DNA of 64,000 nt, taken from NCBI GenBank assembly GCA_951406725.2, contig OX597818.1, positions 130,324,001-130,388,000 of the forward strand, given 5' to 3'. This DNA is from Octopus vulgaris. Lineage: Eukaryota. Below the pieces are notes generated by a model. It made no database searches and was not told where the DNA came from. It worked only from the letters and a program-made list of their open reading frames with translations. This document shows, one piece after another, positions 1 to 12,334 of this stretch (its first letter is position 1; every line of letters begins with the position of its first letter). The translations under genes were made by a program, and so were the position numbers.

Positions 1-221
1 AAAAACAGTTGTAGCTACCTTTATTTCTGATCTATCCATGTCAAGTACAGAAAAAGCAAGGTACTTCATGTCAGAATGCTCCAGTACACTCGGGAGAAAA
101 TGAATACCAGCAAATGGGGAGTTGGGGTGGTTGCAAAGAATTGGCAACACATTCAGCAGAGGAGTATCTTATTTTCAGTTGTTTAAATGCCTCAGAAACT
201 AGGATAAGCTCTAACATAACT

Positions 222-597
222 CTCTCTCTTTACTCTTTTATTTGCTTCAGTCATTTGATTGTAGCCATGCTGGAGCACCGCCTTTAATCGAGCAACTCGA
301 CCCCGGGACTTATTCTTTTGTAAGCCTAGTACTTATTCTATTGGTCACTTTTGCTGAACCACTAAGTAGCGGGGACATAAACACACCAGCATCGGTTGTC
401 AAGCAATGCTAGGGGGACAAACACAGACACGCATATATATATATATACATATATACGACGGGCTTCTTTCAGTTTCCGTCTGCCAAATCCACTCACAAGG
501 CATTGGTCGGCCTGAGGCTATAGTAGAAAACACTTGCCCAAGGTGCCATGCAGTGGGACTGAACCTGGAACCATGTGGTTGGTAAACAAGCTACTTA
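222..597 (-). mobile_element. SINE family A (tRNA head, CORE-like block, internal microsatellite)
   Basis: Homologous to 2784-3178; caccttgggcaagtg CORE-like block; gtaaaaga tail; head truncated. Confidence 0.85.
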
Positions 598-770
598 GCA
601 GCATTTCGTCCATCCTTACGTTTTGAGTTCAAATTCTGTCAAGGTCAACTTTGCTTTTCATCCTTCGGGAATCAATACAATAAGTACCAGTTGTGCACTG
701 GGGTCAATGTAATTGATTTAACCTTTCCCCAGAATTGCTGGCCTTGTGTCAAAATTTGAAACCATTATTA
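596..770 (+). mobile_element. SINE family B, headless
   Basis: gagttcaaattc...ttgcttttcatcc...aagtaccagttg homology. Confidence 0.75.
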
Positions 771-1603
771 TCATTGCTGTTACAAAAATTTCACAAACAC
801 AGAGAAGAATATCGATGTTGCACGGATCACAGTCAGACCCTATGTTTGTGAAATTTTTGTATCTCTGCCGTAAGACTTCATTTCCACAGATGCTAGCTTA
901 ATTCAATTCGTCCCCAGTCGAAAGACACCTGTTGTTATGTCCTGTTATCATTTTTATTGTATTTATATTGTATTTATATTTGTGTAACACTGTCTGTTTT
1001 TCCGTCCTTGTTTTTGTATACATTCGATGCTTTCTTCCAAGGAATCTAATGCTGATAGCTTAGTATTTCCTTGGGGCTGGTCAGATTGGAACAATCTCAA
1101 GATTAATCAGCCAAAATTGTGAGGATGAACTGGTTCTTGACTGAGGATAGAAAGCTTTGAAAGACCAGTCCTTGCTTTTTTGTATCGTCTATCTGGATGT
1201 TTTGTTGTCCCTTTTTGTATCACCTAGTTGTCCGAATGTTTTGCGTTCTTGTCCCATTTTGTATTATATATATATATATATAATATAAATAATATATGTA
1301 TATGTGTGTGTGTGCATATATACATACATATATGTTCACACTTACATATATATATATGTATGTATATATGCATATATGGGTACAGGACGTCACAAAACGT
1401 AAACAACATGAAATATGAAGACAAACTTGGGTATGTGAACAATGAGAAAAACAAATGTTAAAGAATACAAGTAATATAAAGAACGACCCTTCATCAGTTG
1501 TTGGGTGTCCATCTATTCCTCATTTCGAGCAATTTACGACCTAGATATAGATATATAATATAAATATGTGTGTATATATATAATAAATCTCTGAGCAATA
1601 TGT

Positions 1604-1790
1604 CATCATCATCATCGTCGTTTAACGTCCGCTTTCCATGCTAGCATGGGTTCAACGATTTGACTGAGGTCTGGCAAATCAGATGGCTGCACCAGGTTCC
1701 AGTCTTGATCCGGCAGAGTTTCTACAGCTGGATGCCCTTCCTAATGCCAACCACTCCGAGAGTGTAGTGGGTGCTTTTACGTGCCACCGC
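1604..1790 (-). mobile_element. RTE-associated 3' end fragment
   Basis: catcat tail plus gctggatgcccttcctaatgccaaccactccgagagtg, homologous to 9386-9560. Confidence 0.75.
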
Positions 1791-1819
1791 ATCCACTACA
1801 CTCTCGGCGGAGTGGTTAT

Positions 1820-1905
1820 CATATATATATATATATATTTATCTATATATGATATATATTACATAGATACATACATGTGTGTGATATACATACATAGATA
1901 CATAC

Positions 1906-1974
<69 letters not shown>

Positions 1975-2282
1975 TATACATACATATATATATATATACA
2001 TACATATATATATATACATACATATATATATATATACATATATATACATACATATATATATATATACATACATATATATATATATATACATATATATACA
2101 TACATATATATATATATACATACATATATATATATATACATACATATATATATATAATACATATATATATATATACACATACATATATATATACATACAT
2201 ATATATATACATACATATATATATACATACATATATATATACATACATATATATATACATACATACATATATACATACATAC

Positions 2283-2314
<32 letters not shown>

Positions 2315-2315
2315 G
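1820..2315. repeat. (TA)n/(TACA)n microsatellite; similar tracts near 5020, 15813, 27435, 39530, 44570, 46960, 49740, 50410, 54545, 57030
   Basis: Directly visible; source of the YI/HT/VC pseudo-ORFs. Confidence 0.97.
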
Positions 2316-2783
2316 CAAACATTCATCAAGTTAGATAGATTGATGACTATATGGATACAGTTTGTTATACTACAAATAGATCGGTGGTGGTGAGAATGAT
2401 GAAGTGATATATTTTTTGATGAGTTCGAAAACATCAAAAGAAGGCAAACATACAACTAAATCGTAGCAACTGATGTTGATATGGAAGTGACATGGTTCGT
2501 TTGTTGATGCATTCAGCAAGGTGAAGATGTAAGGGATGAGAGGGAGATACAATCAGAAATCTAAAAAGATACGGAGATGTGAGATATACTATACAGATGT
2601 GGGACAAATCAATATGGTTGGTGTTTAGAAGTGTGTGTTGGGGTGCGAAACTGCAGAGCGAAGAGGTTAGAGAAATGGAGATCTTTTAACAAACTTTACT
2701 CAGACACCATTTAAAAATTTTTTTTATTATGCTATTTATATATTTCAACAAAGGACAGATAAATATATATATATATATATTTA

Positions 2784-3176
2784 GGCGTAGGAGTAGCTGT
2801 GTGGTAAGTAGCTTGCTTACAAACCACATGGTTTCGGGTTCAGTCCCACTGCATGGCACCTTGGGCAAGTGTCCTCTACTATAGCCTCAGGCCAACCAAA
2901 GCCTTGTGAGTGGATTTGGTAGGAAACTGAAAGAAGCCCATTGTATATATGTATATATATATGTGTGTGTGTGTGTGTTTGCCCCCCCCCCCAACATCGC
3001 TTGACAATCGATGCTGGTGTGTTTACATCCCCATAACTTAGCAGTTCGGCAAAAGAGACCGATAGAATAATTACTAGGCTTACAAAGAATAAGTCCTGGG
3101 GTCGATTTGCTCGACAAAAGGCGGTGCTCCAGCATGTCCACAGTCAAATGACTGTAACAAGTAAAAGAGTAAAAGA

Positions 3177-3178
<2 letters not shown>
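2784..3178 (+). mobile_element. SINE family A
   Basis: A-box-like agctgtgtgg, B-box-like ggttcagtccc, CORE-like block, (gtaaaaga)n tail. Confidence 0.9.
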
Positions 3179-3262
<84 letters not shown>

Positions 3263-3362
3263 CTGGATGATAATGAAACTGAGAAGTCAATTATTTGTTG
3301 TTGTACATGTAGTTATATTGTTTTGCTTCTATCATTTATTTACTAACACACACCATATATAT

Positions 3363-3561
3363 AGGCACAGACATTGGTATGTGGTAAGAAGCTTGCTTCC
3401 TAAGCACATGGTTCTAGGTTCAGTCCCACTGCATAACACCTTGGGCAAGTGTCTTCTACTGTAACCTCTGGCTGATAAAAGCCTTGTGAGTGGATTTGGC
3501 AGACAGAAACAGAAAGAAGCCTGTTACAGATATATATTTTATATATGTATGTATGTATGTA

Positions 3562-3601
<40 letters not shown>

Positions 3602-3770
3602 TTTTTGTCTGTATTTGTGATGCCCCCTCATCACCACTCATCAACTGGCACTGGTGTGATTACATTCTTCACAGAATAAGTTCAAGGCTATAAAGAAATA
3701 TATATGGGCCAACCAAGGCCTTGTGATAGGATCTGGCAGATGGAAACTGAAAGAAACCTGTCATGTGTGT
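3363..3770 (+). mobile_element. SINE family A, degenerate copy plus fragment
   Basis: Homology to 2784-3178. Confidence 0.75.
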
Positions 3771-3784
3771 GTATACTTTATATA

Positions 3785-4220
3785 TATATATATATAAAAC
3801 TCAACTTGTGTGTCTGTATGTGTATCTGTGTGTGTGTCTGGGTGTTTAATTTCCCGGCACATCTCCTAGCCAACAAATCGTAGAACCACCAAAAATGGGT
3901 CACTTAAAGTTTAGGCGAATGAAAATTGAACTGCGCTATTTCCGTTCCGAAATTCATCTCACAAGTGCAAAAATCGATAATGTGTTTGTTTAGGCCTTAT
4001 CCCATGCATTGAATAGTGAACTTTACTCAGTCAGCTGTTTGACGTGAACTGTGTTCACCACGCATGCAAGCATGAGTAAATTGCATGAAAAATAAAAAAT
4101 CAAGATATAAAACCGAATCGCCGTGAACATTGAAGAAATTCGGCAAAGAAATGAATTTTCGGGATGTAGCCTGGAGGGTTTTTTTCTATTAATTGTTTGG
4201 ACTTTGTGAACACATACCAA
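3785..4220 (+). mobile_element. Helitron-like 5' portion
   Basis: tatatataaaactcaacttgtgtgtctg start resembles the 5' ends of the other Helitrons; abuts the 4224 element. Confidence 0.5.
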
Positions 4221-4223
4221 TTA

Positions 4224-4594
4224 TCTATATATATAAAGCTGAAGTTGTCTGTGTATGGCAGGTTTGGTAGCTTTCAACTAACACTATCTCCTCCGAGATC
4301 CTGCGGCACAAGTTGACCAAAATTGAGAGTATGATAGAAGAAGACTTGCTCTTCCTTCCGTAGAAGAAAAATTCAAATCGGACCATGCTAACACCAAAAA
4401 TTATTCATATCAAAAAGGTGCTTTTTTCCTATGAAAATCTCGATTTTTTACGATTTTTCGACTGCTGTATCGCCATTTTTCGGTGTATTTCAACCAGAAA
4501 AATGTTCACTTAAAGAGAATAACAAGCTATATAATGCAAAATTTTTACTTTTCAAAAATTCCAATTCTAAAGCAACGCCAGGTGATACTGCTAG
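4224..4594 (+). mobile_element. Non-autonomous Helitron
   Basis: 5' TC, 3' CTAG, located between A and T, subterminal hairpin-like gcaacgccaggtgatactgc. Confidence 0.8.
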
Positions 4595-4618
4595 TATATA
4601 CATACATACATATATATA

Positions 4619-5010
4619 TATATTATATTAAATTAGAGACAAAACACTATTAGGCAAATCAAACAATGAAAAACTACCAATACATATGATTATTTAATTT
4701 ATATTATTTAAATATATAACAAAATTATTAATTAATATCACACTACGATCGTTTCATGCCTGCTAACTTCTTCAAGTTAGCAGGCATGAAACGATCATAG
4801 TGTGATATTAATTATATTTTTAATAATTTTGTTATATATTTAAATAATATAAATTAAATAATCATATGTATTGGCTTAAGTTTTTCATTGTTTGATTTGC
4901 CTAATAGTGGTTTTGTCTCTAATTTAATATAATATAATATCTTACTATAAAATTGGATTCAATCCTAAATCTGATTTTTCCCTGTAAGTTTGGATTTATT
5001 CCTAATATTT
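4619..5010. mobile_element. Fold-back element, ccaaacttacaggg family, hammerhead remnant at centre
   Basis: About 150-bp inverted arms centred near 4771; minus strand reads tTGAAGA..GAAAC gatc GTA; (TA)n on both sides. Confidence 0.65.
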
Positions 5011-5014
5011 ATTA

Positions 5015-5070
<56 letters not shown>

Positions 5071-5286
5071 CATATATATATATGTATACATATATATATA
5101 TATACATATATATATATGTGTATACATATATATATATGTGTGTATACATATATATATATGTGTGTATACCTATATATATGTGTGTATATATATATAAATA
5201 CATATATATATATATATATATATATGTATGAATATATGTATATATATATATATGTATGTATGTATATATATATATGTGTGTGTGTA

Positions 5287-5337
<51 letters not shown>

Positions 5338-7269
5338 TTTATCTATCATCAAATTCAACCAAAGCAGCTTGTCCATACATACTGACTAAACACTAGTTTT
5401 AAATATGGGAGTGGAGTGAAGGGAAAAAATATGCATAAGGGAAGTGTGGGTGCAGAAAAGTAAGGGACAAAAAAAAGTAAGGGACATGGAAGTTGGGTGA
5501 GACCTATAGATGCCAAAATTATTAGGAGCCAGCTGGCTCTTTGCTTTCATTCATTTGAAATATGCAGAAGAGAATGATTGGGTGCAGAGGGAGGATACAG
5601 GATGTGAGGGAAGAGATGTGAGGGAGAGTGAGACAAGAGGAACGAGCAAGGAGAGCAGGGAACTAGCGACTATAGTTGTACTTGACTTACTTACTTAGGG
5701 TAGATGTGGGTGGGGATGAAGTTTAGTGGATGAAATTAGAAGTAGTAGTAGGAGGGTAAAACTGGTACAGCAGAAGGTGGGAAGCAATGGCTGAGTCACA
5801 TGTTTGTTATTATTCTCAGAATAGTAGCTTGATATGTATAAAGGCAAGGAACCATTAAGGAAGACAGAGAGAGAAATTTCTCCAGCCATGTCCTTATGTC
5901 CACTACATAAATAAATCTCTGTCCCTCTGTTTCACTTTCCTTACTTTCACTTTCCTTACTTTCACTTTCTGTTCTGACCTGCAACACAAGGCACGCTGAC
6001 CCTACACCATCACATTGATATGCTGCGAGTAATAAATGCATATATCAAAGCATATACAAACATGCATATAGCTATTGTCACATCTCCATACCCCAGCCAG
6101 ACCGAACCCAACCCATTCCCTTATGTCCATCTTCCTTATTCTGCTTTGGCTATTATAAAGGATTGGTCACCAACTAATCCCTTGGCAGTTGGACTTTAGA
6201 AGTGCCCAGCAGTGTGGCTGCAGTAAGGTGTGGGTGTCAAGGAAAGAGATAAGGTTCAGAATGAGAGACAGAAAGAGAGAGGAGATGGAGAGAGGGAGAG
6301 GTGAAGCAGAGGACGTGACCAACAGGAGTAGAGCAGGAAGGTAAGCAAAGCAAGGACAATTAATGACTTCAGTGACCACTACTAAAGCCTGACATTGTGT
6401 CTGAGGATAAGAGTAGCTGAAGGCTACTGCTGCACTTGATCTATCAAAGACTTCCTATGCCATCTCCAAACCAATAAAATGCGATTAGTAATTGGTAAAC
6501 TAATCATGCTCCAACGACTGCTTTTGGAGAAGGGACTCTCTGCTTAGTAGTATTGCACATTAGACTGAAGTGTGAATGATTTGGGTACTAATGTACTTTC
6601 TACCTCGCTGATGACTCAAACGTATCCAAGAACATCCACAAACACATACACCTATAGATATGCACCCACTCCGTCACACACATGCACACGCAAACACACA
6701 CACACACACCAATCATCTAAACACCAATGACCTTTCACACCTCCTTCCTTTTCCTACTAATCAAGATAGTTTTACTTTTGTGATACAATGCTACTGACCA
6801 GTAGTAATAAGGGAGAAATTGCTGGAGGGATAATTTTGAATATCAGCAGCTCTATGTACTTTGGCTTGTGTCTGCGTTGGTATAAATGATACATACATAC
6901 ATACATACATACATACATACATACATACATACATACATACATGCATGCATGCATACAAACAGACAGACATGTAAGCATGCATACATTCTAAGTATAAGTG
7001 TATGACTGCAAAATGTCAGAGTGCTAAGTAGAAAGATTTCTTATGGATAAGACAGAGTGAGAAATTTAGGGTATCTTATTGCTATTAACAATGATGGATT
7101 GGATAGCAGTCTCATGGGCAAATAAGGAATGGGGGTTGGGAAAGGATAAAATAAAAATAGCGAGGGGACCATAACTTTTGGAGAAAGAGGGAGAAAGAGC
7201 AGGGAGAGAAATGAGGGAGAGAAAACTGAGATAAGAAAATCTGAACAAAAGAAAATATATATGTATGTA

Positions 7270-7357
<88 letters not shown>

Positions 7358-8111
7358 GAAACAAAAAAAACTAAAAGAAGAGAAAGTAAAATAAACTCTG
7401 CTCCTTCCTTGATGAATGGCAAAAAGTGACAATGGGATAATTTCAGAAGATAATTGACAGTTTAGGATAAAAGTTGACCAAGTTATTAGACAGAGCTATA
7501 TAAAAAAAAAAAAAGAAGAAAATAGCACTAAAAAACTCTGTGTTTATGTATGTGTGTGTGTGTGTGCAGTGCGTGTGCATGTGGAGAGAGAGAGGGAGAA
7601 AAAGAGAGAGAGGGTTTGAACACAGGGTATGTGGCAGGCCTATTGATTGGTTTATCTTCATAGATAAATAAACACAGCTTATTGTTTAGTTTGGGTCTGT
7701 TCCAGATTTCTGTTCAAAACACAATAAGAAAAAGAAGACAAAAAATAACAGTAATAATTGACCATGCTGAGTACACAGTAAATAAGCATGTAGCTTCATT
7801 GTCCAGAGCACAGAAATAAAGCTTTTTTTTCGTGTGTGCAGCATATCTGTACTTAAATAAATAAATAAATAAATAAAAAGAACATTTGTATCACAGAATA
7901 TATATATTTGTAGAGTTTACCAAAAGTGTGTGCATGTGTGTGTATATGTGTGAGAGTATGGCTCACATGCACACAAATGGCATAACAGTGACAAACATCC
8001 ATATTATAGAGGACTATACACTTGGCTTTTGGAACAGTATTTAGATGTATGTGACAAGATAAGCAAGAATACTTGTGTTCATAGACATATATATATACAT
8101 ATATATATATA

Positions 8112-8181
<70 letters not shown>

Positions 8182-8279
8182 CTCCTTCTTCCCTGAGCGT
8201 CCAATAATACTTTATTTGTTCCACATCCTCGCGTTGTTGTCTTTTTGTGTTTTCTTGTTTGGATTAACTTTATATATAG

Positions 8280-8310
<31 letters not shown>

Positions 8311-8331
8311 GATGATAATAATAATAATAAT

Positions 8332-8703
8332 ATTAGGGAGTATAACTCCAAACTTACAGGGAATATTTCAATTTAGTATTAGATCAAATTTTACAATATA
8401 AATATATAAAATATAAATTAGAGATAAAAGCACTATTATGCAACTCAAACAGTGATAGACATAAGCCAAAACATAAATAACAAATAATATATATTTTTAT
8501 AAAACATAACTTATAGCTAGATTTCAAAAAGTATAAAAATGAATGACCAATATATAATAAGTGATAAGTAATTGGTCATTCATTTTTATACTTTTTGAAA
8601 TCTAGCTATAAGTTATGTTTTATAAAAATATATATTATTTGTTATTTATGTTTTGGCTTATGTCTATCACTGTTTGAGTTGCATAATAGTGCTTTTATCT
8701 CTA

Positions 8704-8705
<2 letters not shown>
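8332..8705. mobile_element. Fold-back element, ccaaacttacaggg family
   Basis: Perfect 135-bp arms 8417-8551 and 8571-8705 with a 19-nt loop; ccaaacttacaggg motif near 8348 shared with 55227 and, reverse-complemented, 4980. Confidence 0.7.
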
Positions 8706-8735
<30 letters not shown>

Positions 8736-8740
8736 GTATG

Positions 8741-8771
<31 letters not shown>

Positions 8772-8838
8772 TAAATAAAATGAGACAACAAAGCCAAGGC
8801 TGAGTGAAATTTATAGGATATTTATAAAGAGAAAGGTA

Positions 8839-8877
8839 GTCTTACAGCTGTTTCTGGGATATCCTTTCATCAGAGAC
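8839..8877 (-). ncRNA. Minimal type I hammerhead ribozyme motif
   Basis: Reverse complement reads gtct-CTGATGA-aaggatatccca-GAAAC-agct-GTA-agac: 4-bp stem I, short stem II, palindromic stem III acagctgt, GUA triplet. Confidence 0.7.
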
Positions 8878-8928
8878 GATATGAAAGAGTCAACTAGAGG
8901 GAAATAGTATAGTTAACTCTCTCATATC

Positions 8929-8976
8929 ATCTCTGATGAAGGGATATCCCTAATATCCCAGAAACAGCTGTAAGGC
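8929..8976 (+). ncRNA. Minimal type I hammerhead ribozyme motif (second arm)
   Basis: atct-CTGATGA-a-gggatat cccta atatccc-a-GAAAC-agct-GTA-aggc: 7-bp stem II, palindromic stem III, stem I partly mismatched. Confidence 0.65.
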
Positions 8977-9385
8977 TACCTTTCTTTTTATAAATGTCCT
9001 ATAAATTTCACACAGCCTTGGCTATGTTGTCTCATTTCATTTAACATATACATGCTCATACAAGATCTGCATCGGGCTCCTCACTCATATTATTATTGAA
9101 CCGAGAGTCTGTGGTCTTCCTGTAGCACTTACATGACCTTACCTGCCACCTTACCTGCCACCTCTCATATATATATATATTTCGATTAGACATTGTGAGA
9201 CTAATAACCCAGTGTAGAACTCAATATATTTATGCTTCAGAATGAAGTGTCAGCTAAGTATAAAGTGGTAATAAGAAAGAGAAATGACAAAGGAATAACT
9301 GATTATCTTATGGATTTCATTTTAGCTGATAAAGTTTGTCAGATAATCATTTATTCCTTTGTCATCGTGTGTTGACACAATATAT

Positions 9386-10455
9386 GTCATCATCATCATT
9401 TAGCATCTCTTGTCCATGCTGGCATGAGTTGGACGGTTTGACTGGGCTGGCATGCTGCACCAGACTCCAGTCTGATTTGGCATGGTTTTCTACGGATGGA
9501 TGCCCTTCCTAACGCCAACCACTCCGAGAGTGTAATGGGTGCGTTTATGTGCCACTGACATGGGTGCCATTTGTGTGACACTGGGGTATGTTTACATTCC
9601 ACCAGCATGGGTGCCAATTTGTGTGACTCTGGTATCTGCCACAATGCGCGATTTTGCTTGGCTTGATGGGTCTTCTTCTCAAGCATGACATAATGCCAAA
9701 GGTCTTGGTCATTGCTTCTGTGAGGCCCAAAACTCGAAAGGAACTCAGCCACTTTGCCTTCATGAGGCCTAACGTTCAAAAAATGTTCTTCACGTGCCAC
9801 CAGTACAGGGGCACTTGGCTTGACAGGTCCTCTCAAGCACAGCACATCACCAAAGGTCTCGGTCACTAGTAATTGCCTTTGTAAGGCTCTAAGTTCAAAG
9901 ATCATGCGTCACCACCTTGTCCTATGTCTTCCTGGGTCTACCTCTACTATCAGGTTCCCTCCACAGTTAGAGATCAGCACTTCTTTACACAGCTGCCCTT
10001 GCCCATACACATCACATGACCATACCAGTGCAGTCATCTCTCTTGCACACCACATCTGATTCCTCTTATGCCTAACTTTTCTCTCAAGACACTTACACTC
10101 TATCAAACATGAACACTGACATTGTATATCCAGCAAAGCATACTGGCTTCATTTCTCTCAAGCCTATGCATGTCCTCAGCTGTTATAGCCCATGTTTCAC
10201 TGCCATGCAGCATAGCTGTTTGCACACAGGCATCAAACAATCTGCCTTTCACTCTGAGAAAGAGGCCCTTTGTTGCTAGCAGGGACAGGAGTTCTCTGAA
10301 CTTTGCCCAGCCTAATCTTATTCTCACAGCTACACTCTCAGAACATCCACCTCCACTACTAACCTGGTCACCTAGATAACAGAAGCTGTCTACTACCTCT
10401 AGCTTGCCCCCACCGCACATTTTCAGTATTTTTTGTACCTGTGTACTTTCCACAT
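9386..10455 (-). mobile_element. RTE-clade LINE, 5'-truncated, with 3' UTR and (GAT)n tail
   Basis: ORF 10103-10453 LEVVDSFCYLGD...RIRLGWAKFREL...MLHGSETW is the RTE post-RT region; frameshifted continuation; catcat tail at the left end. Confidence 0.85.
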
Positions 10456-10890
10456 ATAAAAGTTAGTTTCCCTTTTAACCTTCTTCTGATATTGTTGATT
10501 TACATTGAACCCTGTGCTCAACTGTGCTTATTCCATTGACACCAAAAAAGATGAAAGGCAAAGTTGACATCAGCAGAATTTGAACTCAGAAAGTAAAGAT
10601 GGACGAATTACAACTAAGCATTTTGTCCAGTATGCTAACAATTCTGCCAGCTTGCTACTTAAATGATGGTGATAATAATGGTTATGACATCGATGATGAA
10701 AGCAGACAACATTAAAACATTTTCATGCTGTACAAGACCCTACATTGCTTTTATTTTTGAATTGGGAGCTGTTGTTTAGCTCTAGTTCAAGTGTGATAAA
10801 ACTGACAGGGTTAAAATCATTTCAACCATTACCATCCTGTCTGGTATGGAGTTATCTAGGACTACCTTATCTAATGTATCATTTACCCTT

Positions 10891-11201
10891 TTTTTTTTCG
10901 CCCTTTTCAAGCCTAGCCAGGCTCATGGGCCCAGTTTCCCGGTTTCTGTGGCATATGTGTTCCCCCCAGCTGGACAGGATGCCAGTCCATCGCAGCATTA
11001 CTCAAGAAACAGGAGGAAAGAGTGAGAAAAAGTTGGGGCAAAAGAATACAACAGGGGTTGCCACCACCCCCTGCCAGAGCCTCATGGAGTTTTTAGGTGT
11101 TTTTGCTCAATAAACACACACAACGCCCGGTCTGGGAATCGAAACCGCAATCCTCCAACTGCGAGTCCACTGCCCTAACCACTGGGCCATTGCGCCTCCA
11201 C
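10891..11201 (-). mobile_element. SINE family C (tRNA-Arg-like head) with V-domain-like 3' part and A tail
   Basis: Head ggaggcgcaatggcccagtggttagggcag..ggtttcgattccc; ctgcgatggactggcatcctgtccag block; 12-bp TSD tcatttaccctt at 10879-10890 and 11202-11213. Confidence 0.85.
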
Positions 11202-11513
11202 TCATTTACCCTTGCATTATTTTAAAGTTAGATGCGTGTCAGTTAAGAGAGATTTAGCTGTTATTTTTAGCAGATCCTGTGACCATATAGAGTCTGTCAC
11301 ATTTTGTTTGTTTTGAACCAAGGTGCTGGATTTGAAATACATTGCTGGTACTATCACGTGGTTTGTAGTACAACATAGACATCGTGGCAACTAACTCTAC
11401 TTCATACTGACTAACAAGGAAGCCTCTGCATGGTTACTCGACCTGTTAGAAATAGCAGTAAATTCTTCTCACCTCACCTTCTACGATTGTAAAAAAAGAA
11501 ATGATATATGAGA

Positions 11514-11912
11514 TACTCTTTTACTTGTTTCAGTCATTTGACTGCGGCCATGCTGGAGCACCACCTTTAGTTGAGCAAATCGACCCCGGGACTTATTCTT
11601 TGTAAGCCCAGTACTTATTCTATCGGTCTCTTTTGCCGAACCGCTAAGTAACGGGGACGTAAACAGACCAGCATCGGTTGTCAAGCAATGCTAGGGGGAC
11701 AAACACAAACACACAAACACACACATACATACATATATAAATACATATATACGACAGGCTTCTTTCAGTTTCCGTCTACCAAATCCACTCACAAGGCTTT
11801 GGTCGGCTCGAGGCTATAGTAGAAGACACTTGCCCAAGGTGCCACGCAGTGGGACTGAACCTGGAACGATGCGGTTGGTAAACAAGCTACTTACCACACA
11901 GCCACTCCTGCA
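11514..11912 (-). mobile_element. SINE family A
   Basis: Near full-length reverse copy. Confidence 0.9.
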
Positions 11913-12114
11913 CTATGGTCATAGTTGGAATGTTTTTAATCATAGGACTGCATGGTCAAGGCTGACCTGGGAGTAAAACAGTGACAACTTTGTTACAAAA
12001 GAAACAGCAATGTTAATAATGACAGTTATCAAAAATAATCTTTCCATACTCAGACATTAAGTATCAGAACTTCAAGGGATTGAGCCAGTGATAAAAATCT
12101 ATTGCATTATTTAA

Positions 12115-12334
12115 CCCTTTCATTACTGTATTTATTTTGAGATGCTCTGTATTTCTTTCAATTACTTTAAATATAACAAAGAATTTAGTAAAATAATTTT
12201 GTTATCATTCAGCTAGTGTTAGGAACATAAATTGTGATTAAGGTTTGGTGGAAGATTTTAATTCAAAACTCATGAAAACAAGACATTTGTACACAGAGCC
12301 AGAGCCAGTTTCAGCTGGGTTGGTAACAAAAGGG
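12115..12334. mobile_element. piggyBac-type MITE
   Basis: TTAA on both sides, CCCTTT...AAAGGG termini, imperfect 12-bp TIR. Confidence 0.75.

Larger units (their letters stand above)
8770..9046. mobile_element. Fold-back element with one hammerhead per arm (Penelope pLTR-like)
   Basis: Imperfect inverted arms (ttaaataaaatgagacaacaaagccaaggctg ... cagccttggctatgttgtctcatttcatttaa) around a short loop near 8895-8912. Confidence 0.7.

Noticed and set aside
5400-6450. Purine-rich tract possibly from an old Penelope or LINE RT
   Set aside because: Only an ISFLD word is recognisable; cannot be supported by eye.
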